Counted from the stretch's first letter, positions 8,554 to 20,170 are shown. The stretch: 64,000 nucleotides of DNA from an uncultured delta proteobacterium (GCA_963733195.1 CAVTCR010000063.1:22589-86588); one strand, 5' to 3'. Program-made: numbers and translations. The notes: generated by a model not told the origin, from the letters alone.

Positions 8554-11500
8554 TCAGTATTCCTTCTGCTGTTTGATGATCAGGAAAATACGCTCCACCT
8601 CGGCCACGTCCTGCAAGATGTTATACAAGGCTTGCTTAATCACCCGTTCACGCGGTTCAATGCCGCGCCAGCCGTCAGGTCGGACGCGTTTGACAGTTTC
8701 ATCGATCTTGATGGCCAGTGCAAGCACATCCTCTTGTGTTGTCTCCTCGTGAATAGCAGGTGTTTCATCTACACCGCTCGTGCGTCCAGCACTTGCTTGA
8801 GGTTGTTATACAAGGCACGTCTGCCTGGCGTGTTCAGTTGTTCCGGCGTCTCCTCGGCCTTGCCAGCTTCTACTTGCTTGGCTAGCTCGGCGATCCGTTT
8901 GAGGTATTGTTCGTACTCCAGCGCCTTGGCTTTCCGGGCAGCGATGATCTCATCCAGCAGGGCGGACATTTTCTCGTAGTAGGCTGGGTCGTTGAGATGT
9001 TCCTTGATGATCTTGCTGCGGACGTTGTTCTCAATGGTTTCAGCCACTGCTTCCCTGTTCGCTCTCAGTCTACTTGGCAGGGAGTTGATGGCATTGGTGA
9101 TGCCAGTGTTCACAATCAGTTCCAGCAACGACATCTTGTCGAAGGGCGAGATGGTGCGCGGCTCTGCGGCTTCGATATACGTGTCGATGAGATGCCGCAT
9201 ATCTGCCTCGTAGGCTTTCAGGTCGAGCTTTTCGTTGGCAGCATTGCGGATGATGTCGCGGAGATCGAGGTACTCTTTAAGCTTTTGCTTGATGTAACGA
9301 ACGTCGGCCTCGCTGTAGCCAGCGGCGTCCAGTTCGTCGGCAATGTTGGCGTAGGCACGCACCAATGCGACGGTTGCCTTGTAGAGCGCGGCACGTTGTG
9401 GCTCGCGTGCCTTCAGGTCTTCCGGGAGTTCGGTATTACCACAGAAGTAATGAATATACTCTAGCTCGCCCTTGGGCGGTTCCACAGGCTCGCAGAGCAG
9501 CGCCAGGGCTTCCAGCGCGTTGTCGAGTCGCTCGCGACCTTTGGCAAGGCGATTGTTCATCAGGACTTCGGGATCGGCCCCGCCCGCACTGTGATCCAGC
9601 TCGGAGGTGTAGACCTGAAGGGCACCGGTGCCTTCCTCATTGACCAGTTTCTTGAACAGGTCCTTGTAATCCACGATGTAGCCGAATTCTTTATCCTCCC
9701 CGTCCAGCCGATTGGTGCGACAGATCGCCTGGAACAAACCAGTGATCCTGCATACTCTTGTCAATGTAGAGGTAGGTACAGCTGGGCGCGTCAAAGCCGG
9801 TGAGCAGCTTGTCTACGACGATGAGGAGCTTCATGTTGGCCGGTTCTTTCTTGAACAGCTCCTTAGCCTTTTCCTCGTAGGTTTCGGTCTTCGTCATGCC
9901 GGGCTTGGCGTCGATGTTCTTCAGCAGTTCGGTGTAGGTGCTGTAAATAAACTCTTTGTCCGTCTCAGTGTTCGCGCCGGTGTCTTCGGTGGTGATGTCA
10001 CGCGTCTGCGGATTGTACGAGGTGACGACCGCGCAGCGGTCCCTGAAGACCGTCTTCTGGAAGAGCGTGTAGTACTTACAGGCTTCGTAGATACTCGACG
10101 CTACCAGCATGGCGGTGCCGCGGTTGTCGCTGAGGCGCGGCTTGACGCTGAAGTCGAAGACGATGTCGCTTACCACCCGTTCCATACGCGAGCGCGAACT
10201 GAGCACCTTCTGCATCGTGCCCCACTGCTTTTTCAGTTCGTCTTTCTGCCAGTCGTTGAGCCCTTTGGTCTTGGCCTCAAACCAGGCGTCAATCTTGCTC
10301 TGCGAGCCGAGATGCTGGTCAATATCCCGCGCCTCATAGACCAGATCGAGCACCACCTCGTCTTCTACTGCTTCGCTGAACTTGTAGGTGTGGATGTACC
10401 CGCCGAAGACTTCCAGGCTGGTCTGCTTGTCCTTCTTGAGCAGCGGCGTGCCGGTGAAGCCGATGAAGACGGCATTAGGCATGATGGCCTTCATCACGCG
10501 GTGTAGCTTGCCGCTCTGGGTGCGATGGCATTCGTCGACGAAGACAAAAATCTCGCCTACTGTCTGGCTCGGCTGGGCTTGCAGTTCCTTGATGAACTGC
10601 TCGAAGTTGTCCACGTCCTTCTTGCCGAACTTATGCACCAGGGAACAGAGCAGGCGCGGCGTGGCCTGCCCCAACTGGGTCATCAGCTCGCGCCCGCTTC
10701 TGGTCCGCTTGATCGTCTCGCCTGTCTCGGTGAACACGTCTTCAATCTGTTTGTCCAATTCGTCACGATCGGTGACGATTGCTACACGAGCGTTGGGATT
10801 GTTTTCCAGAATCCATTTGGCCAGCAGCACCATGACGATGCTTTTGCCGCTGCCTTGCGTATGCCAGATGATGCCGCTCTTGCGTTTGCGCACATGCTGC
10901 TGGGCGGCTTTGACGCCGAAATACTGGTGCACGCGCGGCAGCTTTTTCATCCCGCCATCAAACAGCACGAAGTCGTGCATCAGCTCGATCAGCCGCGCTT
11001 TGTTGCACATCTTGAGCAGATACTTGTCGAGCTTGAAGCGACTGTTGTCTTCTTCGTCCTCTTTCCACTTGAGGAAGTACTTCTCTTCGGTGCCAATGGT
11101 GCCGTATTGCAGACCTTCGGAGTCGTTGCCCGCGAAGATGAACTGCACGGTGCTAAAGAACCATGCGTTGAACTCGGGTTGCTGGTTGGAAATGTTCTGG
11201 CGGATGCCGTCGCCAATCGTAATGCTGCTGTTCTTGAGTTCCAGCACGCCTACGGCGATACCATTCACATACAGCACGATGTCAGGCCGCCGTTCGTGAT
11301 TGCCGCGCAGTGTGACTTCTTCAGCGATGGCGAAGTCGTTCTTTTTCGGCTCCTTCCAGTTGATGAGATGGACGGTTTCGGTGACTTTGCCTGCTTCGAT
11401 CTTCACCTGGCACGCCATAGCGCAGCAGGTTGTACACGGCCTGATTGTTGCCGTACAGGCCGCGATTGTGATTGTCTGCCTCGGTGCGGAGTTTGTAGAG

Positions 11501-11688
11501 GGCGCTGCTGATCTGTGCTGGGGTGTATCCACACTTTGTGAGGTAGGTCGTGAGCAACTCTTCCTCAATGTTGCTGTTGCCGTCACGGTCGCGTCCAATC
11601 GCCGAGGTAGCGATAGCCGAGTTCATCGCGGAACAGGGCGATGACGCGGTTCTGCGTGGCGCGTTCAGGTTGGCCGATGTTACTGCAT
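8554..11688 (-). pseudogene. hsdR: Type I restriction enzyme R subunit, broken into 5 or more reading frames
   Basis: Pieces are [47 protein letters not shown]...LLRYGV, QVKIEAGK...helicase motifs...YIDKSMQDH, GLFQAICRTNRLDGEDKEFGYIV...ALYNNL, and LALAIKIDETVKRVRPDGWRG...IIKQQKEY*. Single-nt frame changes lie near 11685, 11590, 11410, 9743 and 8770-8800. Confidence 0.85.
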
Positions 11689-11699
11689 GATGGTCGCCT

Positions 11700-13035
11700 T
11701 TTACTTGCCAGTGGCCACCTTTGGCGGGGCCGATGCGTTGCAAGACCCCGTCAGACTTGAGTTTGGCAATCTGCTTCTCTACTCCACGGGTAGACAGTCC
11801 AAGCTTCTCCGCGAGTTCAGGAATGGTGATACGAGGATTCTCGCGAACGTGACGTATGATTTTCCCCGAACTTTTCCCCGAACTTTTCCCGAACTATCAC
11901 CGAATTCGTTCCGGGTAATTTTCTGGGTAGTGTCCACTCGCGTTGGAAACACCACCCACAGTCCCCCATGTTCAAAGCGGAACTCCGGCGGGGACGCACC
12001 TTCCACCCTGCAGGCATTCACAATATGCTCGATCCCGCGTCCCCATAATTCGATCATCCCCGCGCGGAAGAACGCATTTGCCACATCCGGGTTATACGGT
12101 TTGGACGAATGTTTTCCTGTGAGCGTTTCCACTGTCCATCCTTCGTGGAGTTCACCGTCGTTCCAGAGCATGATCTTGTCTTCATATACACTGATCTGAA
12201 TGGGTGCACCGCTGCTGTAATCCTTGTGAGCGACGGCGTTCAGTATCGCCTCGCGCAACGCTTCCTCCGGCACAGGGTACGTCTCCACGCGTTGTAGTCC
12301 TTCGTAGGAAATCATCGCCTTCAGATACTTTGCTAGCAAGATTTCCATTGTCTGATTCACCTGCGTGAAGAGATCGCCGTGAATTTCATCGTGGTAGAGC
12401 AAATCGGCGTTCGTACGGAAATAGCCGATTTTCACATACGCCCCGGTGAAAAATCGCTCCGGGTCTGGGTGAAACAACAACACCGCCGCCCGCTTCAGAT
12501 ATGTGCCATCCATCAGGTGCAGCTTGTCAATCAGAACGGCATCTGTCTCTTCCAGAAGCTCGGCTGACAAGCGCTTGCTACGCGTAGCGCGTTTGCGGAA
12601 ATACGCCAGCGCCCGCTGATCCAAGTCTGCCAGCGAGACATACGGTACGGGCGCATCATCCCAATGCCGCCCCTGTTTGCGCATCAGAAAACGGTGAAGC
12701 GCCGCGCCCTTCAACTCCTGCTTGGTGCTGCCACTGCGGTAATGGTATTCGCCTTTGTAACTGATTGGGCTGGGGTACGGTTCCACCACGATTTCCAGCC
12801 AATCCTTGCCCCGTTCGGTGTGCAGATTCACCTCGACCATGATACCGAGAATGTCGCGCACCTGGTTCGGAATGTCCCCCAACAACTTCGCCGCGTTGTC
12901 TACACCAACAACCTCGCCCCGGTCATTCTTGCCGATCATCAGCGTACCGCCCTGGGCATTGGCGAAGCCGCAAACCCACTTCAGGTATTCATCTCGCCAG
13001 TGCTGTTTCCATTCGATGTGCTGATGCTCCTTCAT
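11700..13035 (-). pseudogene. AlbA_2/Schlafen-like ATPase with C-terminal wHTH (RecG-like 'putative DNA-binding' family), C-terminus frameshifted
   Basis: MKEHQHIEWKQHWRDEYLKWVCGFANAQGGTLMIGKND... is intact up to GDSSGK. The wHTH tail ([54 protein letters not shown]) is in another frame. No stop separates that frame from hsdR, so the 3' limit is approximate. Confidence 0.75.
11859..11896. repeat. 12-nt tandem repeat (TTTTCCCCGAAC x3) whose third copy (first in gene order) has C3 instead of C4
   Basis: Read from the sequence as gattttccccgaacttttccccgaacttttcccgaac. Restoring one C/G puts SSGK-SSGK-SSGK and the wHTH domain back in frame. Confidence 0.8.
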
Positions 13036-13040
13036 AATAG

Positions 13041-13097
13041 TGGAGAATGGAGAGTTGAAAATTGAGAATTGAAAATGGAGAGTTGAGAATGGAGAAT
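13041..13097. repeat. Heptamer tandem array, 8 units (TGGAGAA TGGAGAG TTGAAAA TTGAGAA TTGAAAA TGGAGAG TTGAGAA TGGAGAA)
   Basis: Read from the sequence. It fills the gap between the four-helix-bundle gene stop and the AlbA_2 gene start. Confidence 0.9.
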
Positions 13098-13459
13098 TAC
13101 GAAGTCTGCTTTGATCCTTTGGATGTTTTGACAATTGAGACCAGCAGCTTGACAAGTTCTTCACTATCAGTGCGGATGGAGGCGAAGCTCTGATTGGCGA
13201 TGTATTCGGATTGATGAAGCAACTCCAGCCAGTACAGTGTCTCGTTAGCTTCTTTGAGAGCGATAGTCATCTTGTGAATAAAGTCCGCTTTGCTTTCTGC
13301 ATGCTCTGCTTCCCGTACCAGCGCACCAATGGCCGTGCCACTGCGCAGTACCTGGTTCGACAGAACAAATTCTTTCTTCTCACTTTGCAAGTGTCTGGCC
13401 AGCTTCACCACCCGCAACGCAAAGGCAAATGACTTATCCCTAATGATGTTCTCCCTCAT
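13097..13459 (-). CDS. Four-helix-bundle protein (TIGR02436 / PF05635, 23S rRNA IVS protein / Avd-like)
   Basis: MRENIIRDKSFAFALRVVKLARHLQSEKKEFVLSNQVLRSGTAIGALVREAEHAESKADFIHKMTIALKEANETLYWLELL matches the family signature as I recall it. The ORF is intact. Confidence 0.9.
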   Translation of the reverse strand: MRENIIRDKSFAFALRVVKLARHLQSEKKEFVLSNQVLRSGTAIGALVREAEHAESKADFIHKMTIALKEANETLYWLELLHQSEYIANQSFASIRTDSEELVKLLVSIVKTSKGSKQTS

Positions 13460-13572
13460 TCTTAATTCCCATTCTTACTCTTCCATTTTTAATTCTCCAT
13501 TTTCCATTTTCACTTCTCCATCTCAACTTTCCACTTCTTCATTCTCAATTCTCCATTCTCAATTTTCCATTA
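13457..13572. repeat. Heptamer tandem array, ~16 units, complementary type (ATTCTCA ATTCTCC ATTTTCC ...)
   Basis: Read from the sequence. It is inverted relative to 13041..13097 and fills the gap between the hsdS stop and the four-helix-bundle gene start. Confidence 0.9.
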
Positions 13573-15265
13573 AACAAGCCTGACTTGTCCGGTGAGTAAC
13601 ACGTGCATCATGCCCTGCTTGAGCTGGCGGGCTTTGGCGAGCTTGGCTTCCAGCGCGTCGATCTCGGCGTCCATGTCGCTCAAGACCTCGGCAATGGCTT
13701 CTTGTTCGGAACGCTAGGCGGGTGAAGGAATTACAAATCTTGCGAGATCTTGCGCCCGAGATTAGGCTGAGCTGCACCACCAGACCATTTTCTATCATCC
13801 GTGCACACAGGTTAGAATTGAAGTAATAACTCAGATAGTCAGTACGGAGACTGGCTGACTTAGGGCGAACAATTACCAGAGAGCTCGCGATTGCACCTTC
13901 GCCGAAATCTGGACCAACGATTCCGAATTTGCCCAACGAACCGCGCAAACAGAACAGTATGTCCCCAGGCTTAAACTTCCCGCCGCCAAGGCGGTCATAG
14001 CTCTCTCTAGTGATGTAGTCTAGTTCACTGCGATTGATATGACCTTCTGCAACGTGGCCTGCGTTAACGAAAGGGACTCCACTACGTGCGAATGACACTG
14101 ATGATGGGTAATTTTTTCCTCGATCCCCATTTTCGAAGACGCAAGTCTCGCTAAGCGTGACATCGATCCTCTGGTACCCCGCCCGGAAGAGAACGTATGC
14201 AAACCGATCTCCTAGAGATAATGCCAGCCATGCATCGGCTCTGGAAGTGCGTGCATTGACGATCGACGTAACCGACGCGGCTAAATACGATATCACCTTC
14301 TTCAAGTGCATATACGCTGAGCCGCTTTCATCCGCATCTGATTCCGTAGGAAGATTAGAATGTACAACTCCGCGTTCACCTAAATGCTCCACAGTGATGA
14401 TCGGAGTGCCGTCCACTAAGCATAGTCGCGTTCTATGTAACGCCGAGCCAAAACGGACCCGTTTCCACATCTGTGATCTTGCCAATCGTTGCTACATTGC
14501 CAATCCTCGGTATCTCTCCTAACTTCGCTGTTTTGTCGCCCAGTGGTTCCACTGAACTCCGATAGCCGTTTCTTCCCGGTGAGCAATTCCTGCATGGCGC
14601 CTTGTTTGAGGTGGCGTTTTTTGGCGATGAGTTGCTCAAGGGATTCAATGAGGGCATCCGCATCGCTCAAGGCTTCGGCAATGGCTTCTTGTTCGGCTTT
14701 GGTGGCGGAAGAGGAATCGGGACTGTCTCGAACTTATCTTTTGGAAGATGTGCGTATGCTTGTCTGCGTGACAAATTCAGCAGAATGCCTTACGATGCCA
14801 GACTGCTGAACGAGTATCCAAGCATCAGGAAATCATGTAGCCACTGCTTTACATAAGCGCTGCATTAGCGCCATTCTGATCAGTAAGCATGTCTATCATC
14901 TGGACTAGCCATATACCGTGCCAGCACGCTCCAACTTTCTGCCTGCCATCGCAACAAGCGACGATCGCCACTTCGCAAGACTGAATATCGTCTGAAGATC
15001 AGCTTCTGGCGTCATCTGATCACGCCAATATCGCTCAGGTCAATACGTCCCCAATTGACATGGCTCTGATCGCCTGAGTAAAGGCTTCGTAATACCAACG
15101 TTATTTTCACGGAATCGAGCATCTTCCTCAACTGATTTAGAACTCGTCGCCGACAGTCGAGACCTCCCAATCCTCCGGAATCACCCCCACCTCGGTCTGC
15201 TTGTAACCCGGAGGAACTAATGGAGAATTGAGAGTTGAGAATTGAGAATTGTTTTCGTTCTTCAT
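13570..15265 (-). pseudogene. hsdS: Type I R-M specificity subunit, heavily disrupted
   Basis: N-terminus is MKNENNSQFSTLNSPLVPPGYKQTEVGVIPEDWEVSTVGDEF*. TRD1 (about 14700-15215) is spread over all three frames with several stops. The central helix is EQEAIAEALSDADALIESLEQLIAKKRHLKQGAMQELLTGKKRL. The distal helix SEQEAIAEVLSDMDAEIDALEAKLAKARQLKQGMMHVLLTGQVRLV* lies out of frame behind a TAG. Confidence 0.75.
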
Positions 15266-15286
15266 TTTCCATTCTCCATTCTCAAT
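15221..15286. repeat. Inverted pair of heptamer arrays with a 12-nt spacer (no cargo)
   Basis: TGGAGAA TTGAGAG TTGAGAA TTGAGAA TTG (15221..15251), spacer ttttcgttcttc, then ATTTTCC ATTCTCC ATTCTCA ATT (15263..15286). It spans the hsdM stop and the hsdS start. Confidence 0.9.
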
Positions 15287-17693
15287 TAAGCGAAAATCCC
15301 ATTTTCGCGAGATGGCGGTTCACTTTCTGTTCCAGCTCGGCCACGCGGCTCGTCTGCTGCGGCAGCGGGGTTTCGTAGCGTTCGGCCAGTTCCTTCACGC
15401 GCTGGGTCAGGGCCTGGCTGATACGGTCCATCTCGCCGTGGATGCGTGCATCGAGTACGGCCAGCCATTTGTCATCCACGACCAACGTCTTGATCTCGGC
15501 CTCGGTGAGTTTGGGATATTGGGCATAGGCTTTCGCATCGAGTGCGGCCTCGGCGTCTTTGAGGCGCTTCTTGAGTTCGGACTCCTGGTCACTGAGCGTT
15601 AGCCAGGCATTTAAGAACCTCGGCTTCCTCTTTGGTCTCCTCATCTTTGGAGAACAGCCCTTTGATCTCCTTTAGGCGTGCGGCGATATTAGCCTTGTTC
15701 ACCTTGTCCAACGCGGAGAACGCACCTTCCTCACCACCGTGTTCTTCTTCCATCTCAGTCAACTGAGCGGTGACGCTTTCCAGCTCGGCCTCCAGCTTCG
15801 TGATGGCTTCTTGTTCTTTGGCAAAGTAGCGAGCGACGATGAGCGGCTTCGGCACGAGATCGCACGCCCAGCCCTTGTCCTTCTCTTTGCCTTTCTTGTC
15901 TTTCTCGATGATACGATAGGTCTCAGCCTTCCACCCATCAGTGGCGATCAGATAGCAGTCGTCCTGCATCGTCTCGGCCCAGTAATCCATCAGGTGCTGA
16001 TAGACATCGTATTCATCGATCAGCGGCTTGCCGCTGTAGTGCGCGAGCAGGTTTTCGGAAAGGCCTTTGATGATGTGTTTGGGGTGACACTCAACCGTTA
16101 GTCCCTTGAGTGCCTTGCGTGCGTCTACGCCAATCGGCAAACAAGGCGTTCATACTATCGGTGAACGTCACAAACTCCGCGATGCTCGTAGATGGTTTGT
16201 TTTAGTTGAGAGTGGAGAATGGATAATTGAGAATAGTGGGCGCGGAGCGGCTGGAAGAGTGCGGATTTGAGTCCAGGGAGAACGGACCAATATTTTTCGA
16301 GTGCATCGATGTCGCGGTTAGGGATGCCGCCGCGCAGGTGGCCTTCGATGTCTTGAATGTCTTCGGCCTCCTGACTGTCGATGTAACGCGGAATGTTGAG
16401 GTTGTATTCGTTCTTCTCGATCTCTGCGAACGGGACCATGCGCGCATATTTGGGAATCTCTACCTGTTTGGTGAAGACATCCACAATCTTGTGAATGTCC
16501 CTCGCACGCAACCGGTTCTTGTTACCGTCCTTCATGTAGCCCGCGCTGGCGTCAATCATAAAAATGCCACGGCGCGTGTGGGCGTCTTCTTTGTCGATGA
16601 CGATGATACAGGCCGGAATGCCAGTGCCGTAAAACAGGTTCGCGGGCAGGCCAATGATGCCCTTGATGTAGCCCTTGCGGATCAAGTTGCGGCGGATGTC
16701 GGCTTCGGCATTGCCACGGAACAACACCCCATGCGGCAGAATGCATGCACCTTTGCCGTGGCTCTTGAGCGAGCGCACGATGTGCAGCAGATAGGCGTAA
16801 TCGCCCTGTTTGCCAGGCGGCACACCGAAGGACTTGAAACGCTCGTGCGGATCGTTGAGCGGATCGACACCGGTGCTCCAGCGCTTATCGCTGAACGGCG
16901 GATTCGCGACTACGTAATCAAAGGTCTTGAGGATGTCGCCATCTTTGAACTTGGGGTCAGCCAGCGAGTTGCCTTGCACGATCAACGCCGTCGGGTTGTT
17001 GTGCAGCACCATATTCATCCGCGCCAGACCGGACGTCGCCGCGTCTTTATCCTGGCCGTACAGCGTGACCTGCGCGTGGGCTTCATCGGCGACTTTCAAC
17101 AACAGCGAGCCGGAACCGCAGGTCGGGTCATAGACGGTGGTATCGTTCGTCGTCTTGGCATCGCGGATGCCGATGATCTGCGCAATGATGCGGCTGACCT
17201 CGGCAGGCGTGTAGAACTGCCCCTTGCTCTTGCCGCTATCCACGGCGAAGTGCTGCATCAGATATTCATAGGCATCGCCGAGAATGTCATCACCGTCTGC
17301 GCGGTTCTTGCTGAAATCGAGCCGCTTATCTTCAAAGATGGCGATGAGGTCTGTTAGTCGCTCCACCATCTCCTTGCCGCTGCCGAGCTTGGTGGCGTCG
17401 TTGAAGTCCGGCATGTCGGACAGCTTGTTGGCATTGGCCAGCGGCGCGATGATCTTCTTGTTGATCTGGTCACCGATGTCAGGTTTGCCCTTGAGCGCGA
17501 CCATGTCCTTGAAGCTGGCGCCCTCGGGAATGGTGATCGGCGCGAAAGGCACGCCGGCATATTTGTCGCTGACATATTTGATGAACAACAGGACCAGCAC
17601 GTAGTCCTTGTATTGGCTGGCATCCATGCCGCCGCGCAGCGCATCGCAGCTCGACCACAGGGACGAGTAGAGTTCCGATTTCTTCAGGGCCAT
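15282..17693 (-). pseudogene. hsdM: Type I R-M methyltransferase subunit with long C-terminal extension, split into 4 frame segments (3 track ORFs plus a short bridging segment)
   Basis: The N6-MTase core is intact (DPTCGSGSLL, NPPF). Then EHAEFVTFTDSMNALFADW, VDARKALKGLTVECHPKH...EEAEVL and NAWLTLSDQESELKK...RHLAKMGFSLN* lie in different frames. Shifts are near 16182, 16130 and 15610 (an extra A in an A-run). Confidence 0.85.
16205..16236. repeat. Short heptamer array inside the hsdM reading frame (GTTGAGA GTGGAGA ATGGATA ATTGAGA)
   Basis: Encodes ...YSQLSILHSQLKQ... on the minus strand and is of the same unit type as the arrays at 13041 and 15221. Confidence 0.6.
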
Positions 17694-18329
17694 AGTGTCG
17701 TTAGATTCCGTTTCTTTGCGTAGTGATGAAGAGTCGCAAAATGCCTGAGATACCTACCAGCCCACGACAAGAATGTCATCGTAAGGTAGTACTTTGGGAT
17801 CAAAGACTCACTGGCAATATTATTGAATTGTCGCTGTGGATCGTGCTCTGGTAAGGCCACCAACATTTCCCCCTTACCAACGATGCTACTGCTTTCGCTC
17901 GGCAAGAAGCAAGGAAAAGACAGCCGTTTTTCTGCGAGGAGAAGAAATAACCGTATGAAATACGTCTGAGAGACGTTTGAGAAAGATCACAGGAGAACCG
18001 CGTCTCTACGGAGATTCAAGTAGACGAGGTTGGCTTCGAGCGTCAAGGAGGATCAGTTCCGGGGTACGCCCCTCGCGTAGCTCTTCGATCTGCTGGCCAA
18101 GCATGGCTGAGGGATGTTCTTGGACAAGAGAAAGGAACGCTTGCGCGTTACATAGCTCAAAGACGAGCGCTTGTAAGGGGCGATATTCATTCTCGCGATC
18201 TTTCTTATTAATTCGGAGAGTGTCTTGATGCCCCATCGGGCCGCGCTTCCCACAGAATCGGAAATCGCAGAAGGTTTTTCATTTTGGTTCTTGATCGATA
18301 AGGAAACGAAGGGCGAGAAGAAACACAAG

Positions 18330-18402
<73 letters not shown>

Positions 18403-18460
18403 ACAGGATGGGAATGGAGGAAAAGGGGAAACGGCAAAAAGGTAAAGAAAGAAAATACTG
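18403..18460. repeat. Purine-rich, roughly 7-nt-periodic tract next to the tRNA 5' end (possible degenerate heptamer array)
   Basis: Reads aggatgg gaatgga ggaaaag gggaaac ggcaaaa aggtaaa gaaagaa. Periodicity is weaker than in the other arrays. Confidence 0.3.
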
Positions 18461-18509
18461 TATAACAGCGAGGATAATCTAACAGCCACCCGGTCACTTT
18501 GCAAGGGAA

Positions 18510-19913
18510 CTAGACCAATCCGACCTGAAGCGTCGTCAGAATCGCCCTGAGTCCCAGGTCATCGTATTGGGCGTTAATGTCAGAGCGGAAGATGAAATGG
18601 ATCATCCCGTCTTCTGCGATGGCTTCATCCGGGGGGTTTTCATCCCATGCGCCATTTTCACAGGCGCGCAGCAGCGCTTCGTCTACAGCATAACTTCCAG
18701 AGCGCGTCTGAATAATGAGTTTCTTCAAGTTGCCTTGGGTGTCGATCTTTGCCTCGATCGTTGAGACATTGTTGGCAGCAACCACGTCGTTAATCTGCAG
18801 GTTTTTCCGCTGAAAAATAATCAGATGCTGGAACACCCGCAAGGCAACGCGTCTCACAAATGGTGCAAACCGATTCGCTTTAGCATTGAGGAAGGTCAGA
18901 TTGCCTTGGCGAATATCTGGAAGCACATCAGGTGTGCCGATCGGGCCGGGTAATGCGAATAAATTTTCTGCTGGCGGAGGAGCCATAGCTATGAGGTCTC
19001 GCCCCTGTGGTGGCTGCCGTTTTTCTTTTTCTTCTTGATCTTCTCCGGCGTCAGATATCCACCCTTGAGAGAGGAGTTCTTCTGGACGTGCAAATAATTT
19101 GGGCGCTCGCTTTGCCGCCTCTGCCGTCGTCGTAGGGGAGGGCTTCGCAAGAGACTCTTCATCTACCTCCCGTTCAAGCTTTTTCTTCACTTCAGGTTTG
19201 GGGACAGCAGGGGCAACGGGCGGTTTCATCGCCAGCTGTAGTGACTCACGCTTTTTCGCTTCTCGGGTTCCTGGAGTGCGACTTTTAGGTGGTGTCATAT
19301 CTTCTGCGAGATCTTTTGTTGGCTTTTCAGTTGGTGATGCTACTCCCGGTTCTTTCTTTGCCTGTTGCACTGGCGGTTTTGGCTCTTCCTTCAGTGTTTT
19401 CTCGCGAACCGGAGGTTGGTCTTTGCGTGCTGGTGCTGGTCGTGGCAATCCGCGCGCAACCATCTCTTCTTTCGTCGCACTATTCCGATCGCTGAGCAGA
19501 CGAGTCTTTTCGGGAATCTGATCGTTGACTTGATCCGGTGGACTCACAATCTGTTCTGGAAGCTTTTCCTGTGGCTTGGGTTCAGGCGGCTTCGGTTTTG
19601 TTTGCTCAGATGACTTGGGCTTTTCTACTGGTGGTTTCGGCTGTTCTATTGGCTTTTCCTGGAGAGGCGGTTCTGTTTTTGCCACAACAGGTGGCGCAGG
19701 TGGCGACGGAAGAAGTTCAACTTCTGTGAGTTGCTCTTGTGGCGGCTCTGGCATCAGGCGATAGAGCGTCGGAAAGAAGAGAAACAAGACTGCGTGTACA
19801 ATCAAAGATAGAAAAAGAAAAACAGCGAGCGGGTCACGCTGCTCGGGTCGTTGGAACGTTTGTACGGCGGAAGTCATCGGCGGCATTCTAGCGATCCCCT
19901 CAACTTGCCGCAA
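18510..19913 (-). CDS. Proline/lysine-rich membrane-anchored protein, TonB-like architecture
   Basis: One N-terminal TM helix ([19 protein letters not shown]), a ~250-aa PxP/KP-rich spacer, and a globular C-terminal domain. The true start may be an internal Met (19886 or 19877). Confidence 0.55.
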   Translation of the reverse strand: MRQVEGIARMPPMTSAVQTFQRPEQRDPLAVFLFLSLIVHAVLFLFFPTLYRLMPEPPQEQLTEVELLPSPPAPPVVAKTEPPLQEKPIEQPKPPVEKPKSSEQTKPKPPEPKPQEKLPEQIVSPPDQVNDQIPEKTRLLSDRNSATKEEMVARGLPRPAPARKDQPPVREKTLKEEPKPPVQQAKKEPGVASPTEKPTKDLAEDMTPPKSRTPGTREAKKRESLQLAMKPPVAPAVPKPEVKKKLEREVDEESLAKPSPTTTAEAAKRAPKLFARPEELLSQGWISDAGEDQEEKEKRQPPQGRDLIAMAPPPAENLFALPGPIGTPDVLPDIRQGNLTFLNAKANRFAPFVRRVALRVFQHLIIFQRKNLQINDVVAANNVSTIEAKIDTQGNLKKLIIQTRSGSYAVDEALLRACENGAWDENPPDEAIAEDGMIHFIFRSDINAQYDDLGLRAILTTLQVGLV

Positions 19914-19972
19914 GGAAGATCCTGTTACCTGTCTTGCCGATACAGAGAGAGATAGCGTATAGTAGCATCACT

Positions 19973-20170
19973 ATGTTTGGTCTTGGCATGGGTGAAATAC
20001 TCATTATTCTCATCATCGTACTCATTTTTGGGGCGAATAAGCTGCCTGAGATCGGTGGCGGGCTGGGTAAAGCGATTCGCGATTTCCGCAAGGAAGTCAA
20101 AAAACCTGATGAGATTGACGTCACTCCAGAAACGAAATCCGGCTCCTCAGGAGAGGAAAAGTCTCACTAA
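19973..20170 (+). CDS. tatA: Twin-arginine translocase TatA/E family subunit
   Basis: [41 protein letters not shown] is the canonical TatA N-terminus. Confidence 0.85.
   Translation: MFGLGMGEILIILIIVLIFGANKLPEIGGGLGKAIRDFRKEVKKPDEIDVTPETKSGSSGEEKSH

Noticed and set aside
9712-11511. Plus-strand ORFs of 260-330 aa (9712..10506, 10388..11299, 10525..11511) opposite hsdR
   Set aside because: They are antisense shadow ORFs with no recognisable motifs, whereas the minus strand carries clear helicase and HsdR motifs.
13041-15286. Whether the repeat clusters could be a CRISPR array
   Set aside because: The units are 7 nt and tandem with no spacers, the arrays are short and scattered, and no cas genes are present.
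17694-18329. Integrase or excisionase remnant between hsdM and tRNA-Ala (for example ORF 18006..18236)
   Set aside because: I could find no tyrosine-recombinase motifs (R..HxxR..Y) or Xis-like HTH in any frame, and I spotted no repeat of the tRNA 3' end at the other island border.
19099-19764. Several plus-strand ORFs inside the TonB-like gene
   Set aside because: They are antisense to a proline/lysine-rich coding region, giving G/S/F-rich low-complexity translations typical of shadow frames.
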